Shown one piece after another: positions 23,920-37,008 of a DNA stretch of 64,000 nt. Position 1 is the first letter of the stretch. Each line of letters begins with the position of its first letter. Source of the DNA: Nemertoderma westbladi (taxonomy: Eukaryota > Animalia > Xenacoelomorpha); contig JAUCBJ010009031.1 of NCBI GenBank assembly GCA_032718475.1, positions 80,960 through 144,959 on the forward strand. Reading direction: 5' to 3'. The position numbers and the translations under genes were made by a program. The notes beneath the pieces were generated by a model, which saw only the letters and a list, made by a program, of their open reading frames with translations, searched no databases and was not told the origin of the DNA.

Positions 23920-26900
23920 GCACATGCAGCATTGGCAAATAGACCAAATCTCTAACCACATCATCCGTTGCCACTTCTCATGTTCTGGAAGACTGGCTAA
24001 GAAATTTCCTAAGGTGATTCTGATTGTGTGCTACTCTCTAACTAGTGTTGACCCTGTAGAGGGGTGGAAAATTTCTACTACAATCTACAAGCAGCTACTG
24101 ATGGAGTGGATCAATATGCATTTTTAACATTCCTGGGAGACTTTAATGCAAGTCTGCATCAAACACCTACATCGCCCTGGGTCTATAGCGATAGAGTTGT
24201 AAGCAGATTCAATTCCACTTCATTACCCAACAGAAAATGGGACCAGTGGCATTTATCAATATGTTGGGGATACGAGATAACCAATATTAATCTCGTATCA
24301 TAACCAACATTGGGGGGGGGGGGGGGGCGACACAAGCCCCAAAGCCACAGAGAGAGGTCAAACCACCTCGGAGGGAATACAGCTAGTAGAGGCTAGCAGC
24401 GGAGGGGAAACACTCCCAGGGAGTGCCAAGGTGACAAGTAGTATATTAGCCAATAGTGGGGAAGGAAGCACGTGATAGGGAACAGGAAAGCATCCATTGG
24501 GTAGAGGGCCAAAGTAGAGTAAGAAGGTGAACCAATATTCAATGTATTAATCATATATTATCTTACATTACTGGTTTACCGGTCAGTTGTGTTATTCAGT
24601 TCAGTAAGTGCAGACTGGTCATAGTTAATGACCGCCACCGCCATACCAGTAACAATTTATCTGTATTTCTGCTTTAATCATATATTGTGCTATTACTGCC
24701 TATATTAACTAATATCGAAAGACAACAGGAACTTTTACAGTTTTCCCAGTCGGCCTCGGCCAAAGCCAATAGCATGATCCCCAGCAGAACGGTGACGCGT
24801 ACTTTAATAACCCGGTCGGGATCTCTGATCCCGTCGCAAGAGTTAACCGAAATTCCACCCATCTTCAGGATTTGATCTCTGGAAATGGATTGTTTTCGGC
24901 TGGAACCCAGTTCAAGAAGCGAACTGGAAAGCTATGGACTTATAGTGGACCCAGTGTTCACAAGTCCCAGATAGACCATATTCTGTTTCGTATGAAATAC
25001 AGGAGCTCTATAAAGACTGTAATGCATTTACTCTTCGATCCTTCTCCAGTGATCACTGCCTTATTGTGGCCAAGGTAAGACTTAGTCTGCGTGCTAGCAG
25101 AACAACGAAATCTACCTTGCCGCAGCATGACTGGTCCTCCCTGTTGCAACAGCCAACTTCACACTACAGCTGAGAAACATGTATGAGGTTCTTGCCTCTG
25201 AGGCGACAGATCACTGCGAGGGCTATACTGCCTTCACAGAAGCAGTAAAGTTGCAGAAACAGTTCCTGTATACCTCGAAACAGGAAATGGGCCCCCTGGA
25301 CTGACTACAAAATTCTGAAGTGCCGAAATGACCTCTATAAGGCACAGAAAGAGTCCCGACTCAAACAGACTACAGCGGCCAAGAATGCAGTTAAGGCTGC
25401 ATCTAGGTCCCTGATCAGGCAGTACTCTGTTATTCTACAGGAGCTAATAAACCAACAGGTGGATGCCATCAAAGATGCTGACGACAGCAGGCAATCACAC
25501 CAGGCATAGAAATCGATCAAATTGCTGACTGGGCGGAAAAGCCAACCAACCACCAAGGTTAAGGCTGAATCACCAGCCGATCGCCTCAATGGTTGGAAGG
25601 CCCACTTTGAAAAGCTCCTCCCTCAATAATGGCAGGGTATTGCCTGATGACTTTATAGAAGTAAAAGTGTCTGAGTCTGTACTCCCAGATATTCCCATTG
25701 GCGATATCTCCTTTGCAGAACTGAAGGCTGCTGCGAAGAGCATTAAGACCAATCGTGCCAGTGGAGTAGATGGTGTTCCCCCTGAGGTCTTTAAAATACC
25801 TGAGTGTTTAAAGCTCATCTATCCCATCATAGTAGACATGTACTGAACAACAAGAGTCCCACAAGAAATGAAATCAAATAAGTTGGTGCCAGTTCCTAAG
25901 AAGGGCAACCTAACACTCTATGGTTCTTTTCGGGGAATCTCATTGATCTCGATTGCTGCATAGCTATACAATAGAATTCTATTAAATCGCATCAGGGATC
26001 CCATTGAGAGACTGCTCCGTGGAAATCAGAATGGGTTCCGTAAAGGTCGTGGGACCATGGAGCCCATTTTGGCACTTATAAGGATAATTTATTGAAGAGT
26101 TATCAATTAAGAAAGACAGGCATCTGGCTTTTATCTTTGTTTACTTCTTCAAGGCCTTTTATTCAGTCTCTCGCTCACGTATGTTCAGCATACTTTCATT
26201 ATATGGGATTCCTGGTGAAATTATTGCAGCAATCAGATCAGTATACGAGCAATGGTTCGACAACATTTGTGTCTACTGTTGACGGTGACTGTTTGTAATA
26301 TTTATTCAAACTAAAGAAATAACTTACATGCTCTATCAAGTTTACAGAATTTTTGTTACTTAACATATTTTGTAATAAACTGATAGCAAGGAACTTGCAA
26401 AACTTAGGAATTGTACTATGAATTTTCAACAGGGAAGTTATAAGTTCCAGTGGTATTAGTAGTTCCAGTACTCCTCTATGGGAGTCCATGCTGGGCTCTA
26501 ACTGCTGAGGACACCAAATCTCTGGATGGCACATTCACAAGAATGCTACGCCGGGTTCATTGTGTCAAGTACAATGCACACATCTCCAAACAGACACTAT
26601 ATAACATTGGAGGTGTCTCATTGGTTCCCCCAAGCTTGACACTAGAACAAAGTCGCCTCCTCTTTGCAGGATATTGCTTTCGCCTTGAGGACCAGCCATT
26701 GCATAATGTTGTACTTTGGCAGCCTCATTGAGTGAATAAGCATGGTGGACAGCCCATGACTTTCTTGAGACGCATCTTAAAGGACACTGGCCTTGAAGAT
26801 GCGGATGATCTAGCAAAACTCATGGGTGATAGGTAGTTGTGGCGGCGCATTTTTGTTGACAAGCCGGCACAGCATTCTTAAAATTGCAGCTGCAATGCAG

Positions 26901-26929
26901 CATGCCGGTCCTAGTAGTAGTAGTAGTAC
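23920..26929 (+). mobile_element. Decayed near-full-length RTE-like LINE (APE endonuclease + RT)
   Basis: APE motifs FLGDFNA and LWTYSGP..SQIDHIL; RT near-identical to 1-370 and 915-1375, with the middle replaced at about 26290-26455; frameshifts and stops; (TAG)n tail at 26912-26928. Confidence 0.88.
24198..24838. mobile_element. Solo LTR (641 bp) inside the LINE endonuclease region
   Basis: TGTAAG...GTCGCA ends; TSD AGAGT (24193-24197 and 24839-24843); homologous to 18912-19481. Confidence 0.85.
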
Positions 26930-27102
26930 GGGTCGGTGTCTGGTGCGCGGTTCTTCTAAGACAGGAACCTCATCAGTTGTCATGTCCCACTGAACATAAA
27001 ACAACATTAAATTAATATTATTAAAATACAAAATTTCACAATTGAATTTAAAAATTTGAAAAAAATATATTGAAAATAATAGAACAATATAAACAACTTT
27101 AC

Positions 27103-27296
27103 TTTTCGTCATTTTGTTCGCATCGGAATAAACTCATTATCGGATTTATTGTCGCCAGACAAGCAACTGTTAACCCAATAATACCATGATTTACGACATT
27201 ATCATCACCAAGCACAAAGCCACCCTCCTTGTTAAGAATAATAGTTACACCAATCCATGTGAGAAGCATCGCAATTGGCAAAACTACACGGTGAAT
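27103..27296 (-). CDS. Cytochrome b561 (FRRS1/SDR2-like), coding exon 3
   Basis: GCAG acceptor and GTAAAG donor; IHRVVLPIAMLLTWIG...NHGIIGLTVACLATINPIMSLFRC carries heme His 2 and 3. Confidence 0.9.
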
Positions 27297-27326
27297 CTGC
27301 GAAATAAATAAACTCGGAATGACGGC

Positions 27327-30300
27327 GCGCTCCACGTACTACGCTCCACGTACTACACTCCACGTACTGCGCTCCATGCTCCACGTACTGCGCTCCACGC
27401 TCAACATACTATGCTCCACGCTCGACGTACTAATCTCCAAGCTCCATGTACTATACTCCACGCTCCACGTACAGCGCGCCACGCTCCACATACTGCGCTC
27501 CATGCTCCACATACTGCGCTCCATGATCCATGTACTATGCTCCATGTACTACGCTCCACGCTCAACATACTACGCTCCACGTACTACGCTCCACGCTCAA
27601 CATACTACGCTCCATGTACTACGCTCCACGCTCCACGTACTACGCTCCACGCTCAACATACTACGCTCCACGTACTACACTCCACGCTCCACGTACTACA
27701 CTCCACGCTCCATGTACTACGCTCCACGCTCCATGTACTACGCTCCACGCTCCACGTACTACGCTCCACGCTCCACGTACTACGCTCCACGCTCCATGTA
27801 CTACACTCCACGCTCCATGTACTATGCTCCACGCTCCACATACTACACTCCACGCTCCATGTACTACGCTCCACGCTCCATGTACTACGCTCCACGCTCC
27901 ATGTACTACGCTCCACGCTCCATGTACTACGCTCTACGCTCCATGTACTACACTCCACGCTCCATGTACTACACTCCACGCTCCATGTACTACGCTCTAC
28001 GCTCCACGTACTATGCTCCACGCTCCACGTACTACGCTCCACGCTCAACATACTACGCTCCACGTACTACACTCCACGCTCCACGTACTACACTCCACGC
28101 TCCACGTACTACACTCCACGCTCCACGTACTACACTCCACGCTCCATGTACTACGCTCCACGCTCCATGTACTACGCTCCACGCTCCACGTACTACGCTC
28201 CACGCTCCACGTACTACGCTCCACGCTCCATGTACTACACTCCACGCTCCACGTACTACACTCCACGCTCCACGTACTACACTCCACGCTCCATGTACTA
28301 CGCTCCACGCTCCATGTACTACGCTCCACGCTCCATGTACTACGCTCCACGCTCCATGTACTACGCTCTACGCTCCATGTACTACACTCCACGCTCCATG
28401 TACTACACTCCACGCTCCATGTACTACGCTCTACGCTCCACGTACTATGCTCCACGCTCCACGTACTACGCTCCACGCTCAACATACTACGCTCCACGTA
28501 CTACGCTCCACGCTCCACATACTATGCTCCACGCTCAACATACTACGCTCCACGTACTACGCTCCACGCTCCACGTACTACGCTCCACGCTCCACGTACT
28601 ACGCTCCACACTCCACGTACTACACTCCACGCTCCATGTACTACACTCCACGCTCCACATACTATGCTCCACGCTCCACGTACTACGCTCCACGCTCAAC
28701 ATACTACGCTCCACGTACTACGCTCCACGCTCCATGTACTACGCTCCACGCTCAACATACTACGCTCCACGTACTACGCTCCACGCTCAACATACTACGC
28801 TCCACGTACTACGCTCCACGCTCCACGTACTACGCTCCACGCTCCACGTACTACACTCCACGTACTATGCTCCACGCTCAACATACTACGCTCCACGTAC
28901 TACGCTCCACGCTCCATGTACTACTCCACGCTCCACGTACTACACTCCACGCTCCACGTACTACACTCCACGCTCCATGTACTACACGCTCCACGCTCCA
29001 CGTACTACGCTCCACGCTCCACGTACTACGCTCCACGCTCCACGTACTACGCTCCACGCTCCATGTACTACGCTCCACGCTCCACGTACTACGCTCCACG
29101 CTCCATGTACTACGCTCCATGCTCCACATACTATGCTCCACGCTCCACGTACTACGCTCCACGCTCCACGTACTATGCTCCATGCTCCACATACTATGCT
29201 CCACGCTCCACGTACTACGCTCCACGCTCCATGTACTACGCTCCATGCTCCACATACTATGCTCCACGCTCCACGTACTACGCTCCACGCTCAACATACT
29301 ACGCTCCACGTACTACGCTCCACGCTCCATGTACTACGCTCCACGCTCCACGTACTATGCTCCACGCTCCACGTACTACACTCCACGCTCCATGTACTAC
29401 GCTCCACGCTCCACGTACTATGCTCCACGCTCCACGTACTACACTCCACGCTCCACGTACTACGCTCCACGCTCCACGTACTACACTCCACGCTCCACGT
29501 ACTACGCTCCACGCTCCATGTACTACACTCCACACTCCACGTACTATGCTCCACGCTCCACGTACTATGCTCCACGTACTATGCTCCACGCTCAACATAC
29601 TACGCTCCACGTACTACGCTCCACGCTCCACGTACTACACTCCATGATCCATGTACTACGCTCCATGATCCATGTACTACACTCCACGCTCCACGTACTA
29701 CGCTCCACGCTCCACGTACTACACTCCACGCTCCATGTACTACGCTCCATGCTCCACATACTATGCTCCACGCTCCACGTACTACACTCCATGATCCATG
29801 TAATATGCTCCACACTACACGTACTACACTCCATGATCCATGTACTATGCTCCACACTACACGTACTACACTCCACGCTCCATGTACTACGCTCCACGCT
29901 CCACGTACTACGCTCCACGCTCCATGTACTACGCTCCACGCTCCATGTACTACGCTCTACGCTCCATGTACTACACTCCACGCTCCATGTACTACGCTCT
30001 ACGCTCCATGTACTACGCTCTACGCTCCATGTACTACACTCCACGCTCCATGTACTACACTCCACGCTCCATGTACTACGCTCCACGCTCCACGTACTAC
30101 GCTCCACGCTCCACGTACTACGCTCCACGCTCCATGTACTACGCTCCACGCTCCATGTACTACGCTCCACGCTCCATGTACTACGCTCTACGCTCCATGT
30201 ACTACACTCCACGCTCCATGTACTACACTCCACGCTCCATGTACTACGCTCCACGCTCCACGTACTACGCTCCACGCTCCACGTACTACGCTCCACGCTC

Positions 30301-31620
30301 CACGTACTACACTCCACGCTCCATGTACTACGCTCCATGCTCCACATACTATGCTCCACGCTCCACGTACTACACCCCATGATCCATGTACTACACTCCA
30401 CGCTCCATGTACTACGCTCCATGCTCCACATACTATGCTCCACGCTCCACATACTACGATCCACATACTACGCTCCACATACTACGCTGCACATACTACG
30501 CTCCACATACTACGTTCCACATACTACGCTCCACATACTACGCTCCACATACTACGCTCCACATACTACGCTCCACGCTCCACATACTACGCTCCATGCT
30601 CCACATAATACGCTCCACATACTATGCTCCACGCTCCACATACTACGCTCCACATACTACGATCCACATACTACGCTCCACATACTATGCTCCACATACT
30701 ACACTCATCATACTATGCTCCACATACTACGCTCCACATACTACGCTCCACATACTACGCTCCACGCTCCACATACTACGCTCCACATACTACGCTCCAC
30801 ATACTACGCTCCACATACTATGCTCCACATACTACGCTCCACATACTATGCTCCACATACTACGCTCCACGCTCCACATACTACGCTCATCATATTACGC
30901 TCTACATACTATGCTCCACATACTACGCTCCACATACTATGCTCCACATACTACGCTCCACGCTCCACATACTACGCTCATCATATTACGCTCTACATAC
31001 TATGCTCCACATACTACGCTCCACATACTATGCTCCCCGCTCCACGTACTATGCTCCACATACTATGCTCCATGCTCCACATACTACACTCCACATACTA
31101 CGCTCCACATACTACGCTCCAAATACTACGCTCCACATACTACACTCCACATACTACGCTCCACATACTACGCTCCACATACTACGCTCCACATACTATG
31201 CTGCACATACTACGCTCCACATACTACACTCCACATACTACGCTCCACATACTACGCTCCACATACTACGCTCCACATACTACGCTCCACATACTACGCT
31301 CCACATACTACACTCCACATACTACGCTCCACATACTACACTCCACATACTACGCTCCACATACTACGCTCCACATACTACTCTCCACATAATACACTCC
31401 ACATACTACGCTCCACATACTATGCTCCACATACTACACTCCACATACTACGCTCCACATACTACACTCCACATACTACGCTCCACATACTACGCTCCAC
31501 ATACTACGCTCCACATACTACGCCCCACATACTACGCTCCACATACTACGCTCCACATACTACGCTCCACATACTACGCTCCACATACTGCGCTCCACAT
31601 ACTACGCTCATCATACTACG
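27327..31620. repeat. Satellite B, built from 7-nt modules (21-bp and 14-bp units), filling one intron
   Basis: CGCTCCA-CGCTCCA-YGTACTA units on the left; CGCTCCA-CATACTA units right of about 30450. Confidence 0.97.
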
Positions 31621-31630
31621 AATTACTTAC

Positions 31631-31753
31631 TTGAAACCATGGTTTTTTGTTAAATATTTTCTTGTTAGCGAAGTAGGGTTTAAGATATCTGGCTAGTAAT
31701 ATTCCAGGGGGAGCCAGGATAATCCAAGCAACGATCATACATGAAGCATGTGC
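31631..31753 (-). CDS. Cytochrome b561 (FRRS1/SDR2-like), coding exon 2
   Basis: CATCAG acceptor and GTAAGT donor; 123 bp encoding AHASCMIVAWIILAPPGILLARYLKPYFANKKIFNKKPWFQ; joins exon 3 to give WFQIHR. Confidence 0.92.
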
Positions 31754-31799
31754 CTGATGGATAAACAAATTAGATAAATATTAATATTGAATGGGAGAA

Positions 31800-32050
31800 T
31801 CTTTTAGGCTCGTTAAACCAAGGAATGCCTGTTCACCACCATGGGTGATCTTCCACAGTAGATGCTTCCCCACTGTTTCCCAAGTTACCTTGGTCTCATT
31901 TATCGACCAGTTAAGGATGAAATCCAGGGTTGGGCTAGGCTGAAGCATTTAAAGCACTGTGCCCAAACAGTGTTGCCCCCATCTAGGGATCGAACCAATA
32001 CCTACTGATTGGAAGCCCAGGAATGTCACTACTAGACCAAACTGCAGCTA
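31800..32050 (-). mobile_element. tRNA-derived SINE (degenerate)
   Basis: Minus strand has A-box-like TGGTCTAGTAG (32039-32029) and B-box GGTTCGATCCC (31996-31986), then a SINE-core-like TCATCCTTAACTGGTCGATAAATGAG. Ends are approximate. Confidence 0.6.
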
Positions 32051-32671
32051 ATATTAATATTAATACTTTGTTTTATCAGCACTTAACCCACACTACTGTC
32101 AGCAAGTATTGGTTGACAAAAATGTGCCTATTAAATAGCATCTCATCAAAAATATGCAACCCTACCGAATAGTGTGGCGGTGGCTGTTGTTGTTTTTTGT
32201 TTACTACTAACAGGTCTTTGTCAAATAAAACCAACCTGACTGCAAGCATAATTGTTACCAAATAGATATGATTTAGTAAAACAACAAATCAACTGCTCCC
32301 CGCTGCCACATTTCAAATGAAATTTGAGGACCCCCAAATCCACACCCGTACCCACGCCAACGGGTGTGATACAACCCATTCAGATAAGACAATTCTACGG
32401 TTCTAATGGAACGTCACTCTGGCGGATTATGAACTCTGAGTTTAATTGAACATCTTCGGCGCCGAATGCAGCGTACGGTTGATCGCTCAATGACCGAAAC
32501 ACTGCAGTAATCCTAGAACTAAAATTCATTATTCTCACCAATGATTTATATAAATTTAAGAACATCATCACTCAGTGCAGGCACTCTTAAACGGCACCAG
32601 ATCAACTCCAGTGTCATGTTGGCTTTCTTTGTGGTGATTTGTGGCAGATCAACTTCAATGTGTGTCTGTAG

Positions 32672-33610
32672 ACCTTAGACCATCTTAATAATGATGGGGT
32701 GATAGTAACACCCCCTACTGGCACAAGAAGTCGAGGAAATCCAGCCAAGTACCTCACAGATTTAGACTTTGCTGATGACTTAAGAGTACTGTCAGAATCA
32801 CTAGAGGGAGCCCAAAGGCTCCACTGCTCACTGGAACAGGTTGCTTCTAGTGTTGGTTTTTTTTGTAAATTCCAAGAAGAAAATCATGACAGTCAACCTA
32901 GACAGCCCTCAATAAATGTCTGCTCGTAATAACATAAGCTCTAAGGATGGCTTTCTTGAGCACGTGGATGACTTCTGCTACTTGGGATCATGGATCAGAA
33001 ATTCAGGTGAAGACCTTCGGATACGTAAGGGGAAGGCATGGGCAGCGTTAAATAGTCTGTCCAGGATTTGGAAGTCCCACAGAATAAAACGGAACCTTAA
33101 GGTTCTATTATTTATGGCAGCAGTAGTACCAGTAGTCTTATATGGAGTCCATGCTGGGCTCTAACTGCAGAGGATACCAAATCTCTGGGTGGCACTTTCC
33201 CAAGAATGCTGCGCCGGGTTCATTGTGTCAAGTACAATGCACATACCTCCAATCAGACTCTATACAACATTGGAGGTGTTCCATTAATCTCCCCTAGCTT
33301 GACACTTGGACGGAACCGCCTCCGCTTTGTAGGACATTGCTTTCGATCATATACCAGCCAGTGTATAATCTCGTGCGTGCATTGGCGCCCTCATGGAGCG
33401 AATAAGCATGGTGGACAGCCCCTGACTTTCTTTAGACGCATCTTAAAGGACACTGGCCTTGAAGATGCGGATGATCTAGCAAATGTCATGGATTTTAGGG
33501 AGTTGTGGCGGCGCAATTTTGTCGACGAGCCAGCACAGCATTCTTAATATATGTAATATATATATATAATGCAGCTGCAATGCAGCATGCCGATCGTAGT
33601 AGTAGTAGTA
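32672..33610 (+). mobile_element. 5'-truncated RTE-like LINE copy
   Basis: Frameshifted RT C-terminus (LTDLDFADDL...RNFVDEPAQHS); (TAG)n tail; 12-bp TSD GTGTGTCTGTAG (32660-32671 and 33611-33622). Confidence 0.92.
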
Positions 33611-33834
33611 GTGTGTCTGTAGCTTGGTGTATTTTGGAACTTCACACCAAGATCATCATAGAACTGAGCTATTTCTAGTTTTGATGCATCGAGTGCGTGC
33701 TGAAAACACAGGGTTATGGAATTATGAAGATCTAGGTGCACTATTTTGCTTCAGAGATTATACAGATATGGGACAATGAATCGTGATTCAAAATAAGCGA
33801 TAACTTACTCTACACTATTCCATTTTCGACTTAC

Positions 33835-33855
33835 CTTTTCCACAACATCAACCAT
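33835..33855 (-). CDS. Cytochrome b561, probable first coding exon (MVDVVEK)
   Basis: AAAAATG start, phase-0 AAG|GTAAGT donor, giving the expected K-A-H junction with exon 2; in-frame stop upstream. Confidence 0.62.
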
Positions 33856-34249
33856 TTTTGAAGGTTTTCGTAAACTTTAATTTATTATTATAAATATTGT
33901 GGTTGCTTAGAGATTACTAGACAACACAGATACCAATAGACATGACGCGAGAAGACCAGTAACATCGTATAGAGCTGAAAATGTTCTACTAATTCGAATT
34001 TATCCTATATAAATAATATTGCATAATGGAGTCAAAGCCTTTTCTACAACCAATACATTCATACATGCATGATATAATTGGCTTGCACTAAGAACCAGAA
34101 ACAAAGCCGCTCAAACCACTTTATCATCAGTCACACACTATCCTATCAATGTACCTTAATGCAGCAATGTTGTCACCTCCATTGTCCTTGACCGAAAGGT
34201 GAAGGAATGGTTATGGTACCCTAACCACCCAACTATCCTACAAGAGTTG

Positions 34250-35749
34250 TAGTCATTATGTCCCGCGGGTTCTAATTGTACTGAGTCATTAGGTCCCGCA
34301 GGCTCTAATTGTACCGAGTCATTAGGTCCCGCGGGACCTTATTGTACCGAGTCATTAGGTCCCGCAGTCTCTAATTGTACCGAGTCATTAGGTCCCGCGG
34401 GAACTTATTGTACCGAGTCATTAGGTCCTGCGGGACCTTATTGTACCGAGTCATTAGGTCCCGTGGGACCTTATTGTACTGAGTCATTAGGTCCCGCGGG
34501 ACCTTATTGTACTGAGTCATTAGGTCCCTCGGACTCTAATTGTACCGAGTCATTAGGTCCCACAGGCTCTAATTGTACCGAGTCATTAGGTCCCGCAGGC
34601 TCTAATTGTACCGAGTCAATAGGTCCCGCGGGACCTTATTGTACCGAGTCATTAGGTCCCGCGGGACCTTAGTGTACCGAGTCATTGGGTCCCGCGGGAC
34701 CTTATTGTACCGAGTCATTAGGTCCCGCAGGCTCTAATTGTACCGAGTCATTAGGTCCCGCGGGACCTTATTGTACTGAGTCATTAGGTCCCGCGGGACC
34801 TTATTGTACCGAGTCATTAGGTTTCTCGGACTCTAATTGTATAGAGTCATTAGGTCCCGCAGGCTCTAATTGTACCGAGTCATTAGGTCCCGCGGGACCT
34901 TATTGTACCGAGTCATTAGGTCCCGCAGGCTCTAATTGTACCGAGTCATTAGGTCCCGTGGGAACTTATTGTACCGAGTCATTAGGTCCCGCGGGACCTT
35001 ATTGTACCGAGTCATTAGGTCCCGCAGGCTCTAATTGAACCGAGTCATTAGGTCCCGCGGGACCTTATTGCACTGAGTCATTAGGTCCCGCGGGACCTAA
35101 TTGTACCGAGTCATTAGGTCTCTCGGACTCTAATTGTATAGAGTCATTAGGTCCCGCAGGCTCTAATTGTACCGAGTCAATAGGTCCTGCGGGACCTTAT
35201 TGTACCGAGTCATTAGGTCCCGCGGGACCTTATTGTACCGAGTCATTAGGTCCCTCGGACTCTAATTGTATAGAGTCATTAGGTCCCACGGGCTCTAATT
35301 GTACCAAGTCATTAGGTCTCGCTGGACCTTATTGTACCGAGTCATTAGGTCCCGCGGGACCTTATTGTACCGAGTCATTAGGTCCCTTGGACACTAATTG
35401 TATAGAGTCATTAGGTCCCACGGGCTCTAATTGTACCAAGTCATTAGGTCCCGTGGGCTCTAATTGTACCGAATCATCAGGTCCCGCGGGACCTTATTGT
35501 ACTGAGTCATCAGGTCCCACAGACTTTAATTGTACCGAGTCATTATGTCCTGCAGGCTCTAATTGTACCGAGTCATTAGGTCCCACAGGACCTTATTGTA
35601 CCGAGTCATTAGGTACCACGGCACCTTATTGTACTGAGTCATTAGGTCCCATGGGTCCTTATTGTACCGAGTCATTAGGTCCCACGGGACCATATTGTAC
35701 CGAGTCATTAGGTCCCTCGGACTCTAATTGTATAGAGTCATTAGGTCCC
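34250..35749. repeat. 33-bp palindromic satellite C, left arm (about 45 copies)
   Basis: Monomer TTGTACCGAGTCATTAGGTCCCGCGGGACCTTA alternating with a ...GGCTCTAA variant. Confidence 0.97.
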
Positions 35750-36931
35750 TGTACGCGCTTTTGAAGACCTTTAGCAGTTTAACCTGCCAAAATTTATATG
35801 TCTTTTGGTTTATAAATAGACTTTAACATATGACAAGTATTTAATACCAATAAACACAACATTAGCCGAAGCCAGCCTAGTGCGCGTCCATTCACCCGCT
35901 GGATATACCCGGGAGACTGGATTCGGAGGGCTTAGATTTTATTGCAGTGTAAGCTTACTGTATTATTCGATTGATCGTTAATAAATAATTTCTGACAAAT
36001 ATTATTCACTTTTGGGAAATATTAACAGTTCCTTTAGGACGTGGCGCTCTATCTAGGTAAACAGAGATATGACTTATACTAAACACAACGGTAAGAAGGT
36101 AAGGCTTATGATTCACGTATGAGGCGCATTCTTTAGGAAATGCTTAGTTATCAGCCACAATCATGCACACTACCGGTACCGCACAATACTGCACACTAAT
36201 CTGCCGACCGTCAATGAATTTTATCATACATAAAGAGAACAGCAATGGACTCATGTAGTGCCTATCAAATAGCATTAAATTCACTACAAACCACGATAAC
36301 ATAAGTCGCAATCGCTATATGTAACCTGTCTCTCTAACCTGTAGTGTATCAAGAAAATTGGGAAATTTGGGTTATTTATCGATGTTCTCCAAGTAATAAT
36401 ATTCAACCAACTGATACAAATAATAACAACAGTAAAAAGCATTAAGACGGTAGGTTAAGATTATAACAATGTAAGATTGTACCGCTGGACCGCTGATAAG
36501 ACTGTTAACAGTTATACGCTCTATAATCTAAGCCTACTAATGTTTCTTCTAAAGTCTGAAACGAATTGACTCTAGAGCCGGTGTTCTTGGCCTAGATAGA
36601 AACAACAAAACTATAACTCTAAGACTGAACACGCCTAGTACGATCTGTAGAATATCTCCACATCTAAAGTAAAAATCGCTCTGATTGGCTGTTAAGCTGA
36701 ACAAAGAACCATGTGTCCAACGGCCGTTTCCATGCCAGCAACCAGCTGTTAGATGTCGTAATCTGAATCATCAAGGCTACACTGTGCTAGAGGATTTGAC
36801 GCATTGTGGGTTTTGTATCTTGCCATGTCCTCCAAAGCACACATATAGAAAAACAACTTTTATGTCCGTTAAAACACCCACACGGTACTTTGCGGGCAAG
36901 GGGACTGATTATATCCGCAAAAGCTTTTACA
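35750..36931 (-). repeat. BEL-2 3' LTR
   Basis: Direct repeat of 50234-51415; preceded on the minus strand by the short purine-rich GGGAGCGG. Confidence 0.96.
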
Positions 36932-37008
36932 CCGCTCCCAGAAAATGGGATTCAAGTCTATAAATATACAAAATCACAGTTTCTAATATACGTAAATACT
37001 CTAAACAG

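Noticed and set aside
27319-31696. Very long ORFs (1357, 1065, 705 aa and others) with YYAPRST/TLHVLRS repeats
   Set aside because: Translations of the stop-poor satellite B, open in all three frames; it lies inside an intron of the b561 gene.
31960-32050. Functional tRNA gene on the minus strand
   Set aside because: A and B boxes are present but the stems are degenerate and it continues into a SINE-like body.
34153-34220. Possible upstream host exon (GYHNHSFTF...)
   Set aside because: All three frames hit stops before the candidate donor, and phases do not fit the 33974 acceptor.
36685-36963. LTR-encoded 92-aa Cys-rich ORF (duplicated at 51169)
   Set aside because: Antisense, non-ATG start, and not evidently preserved in the related solo LTR.
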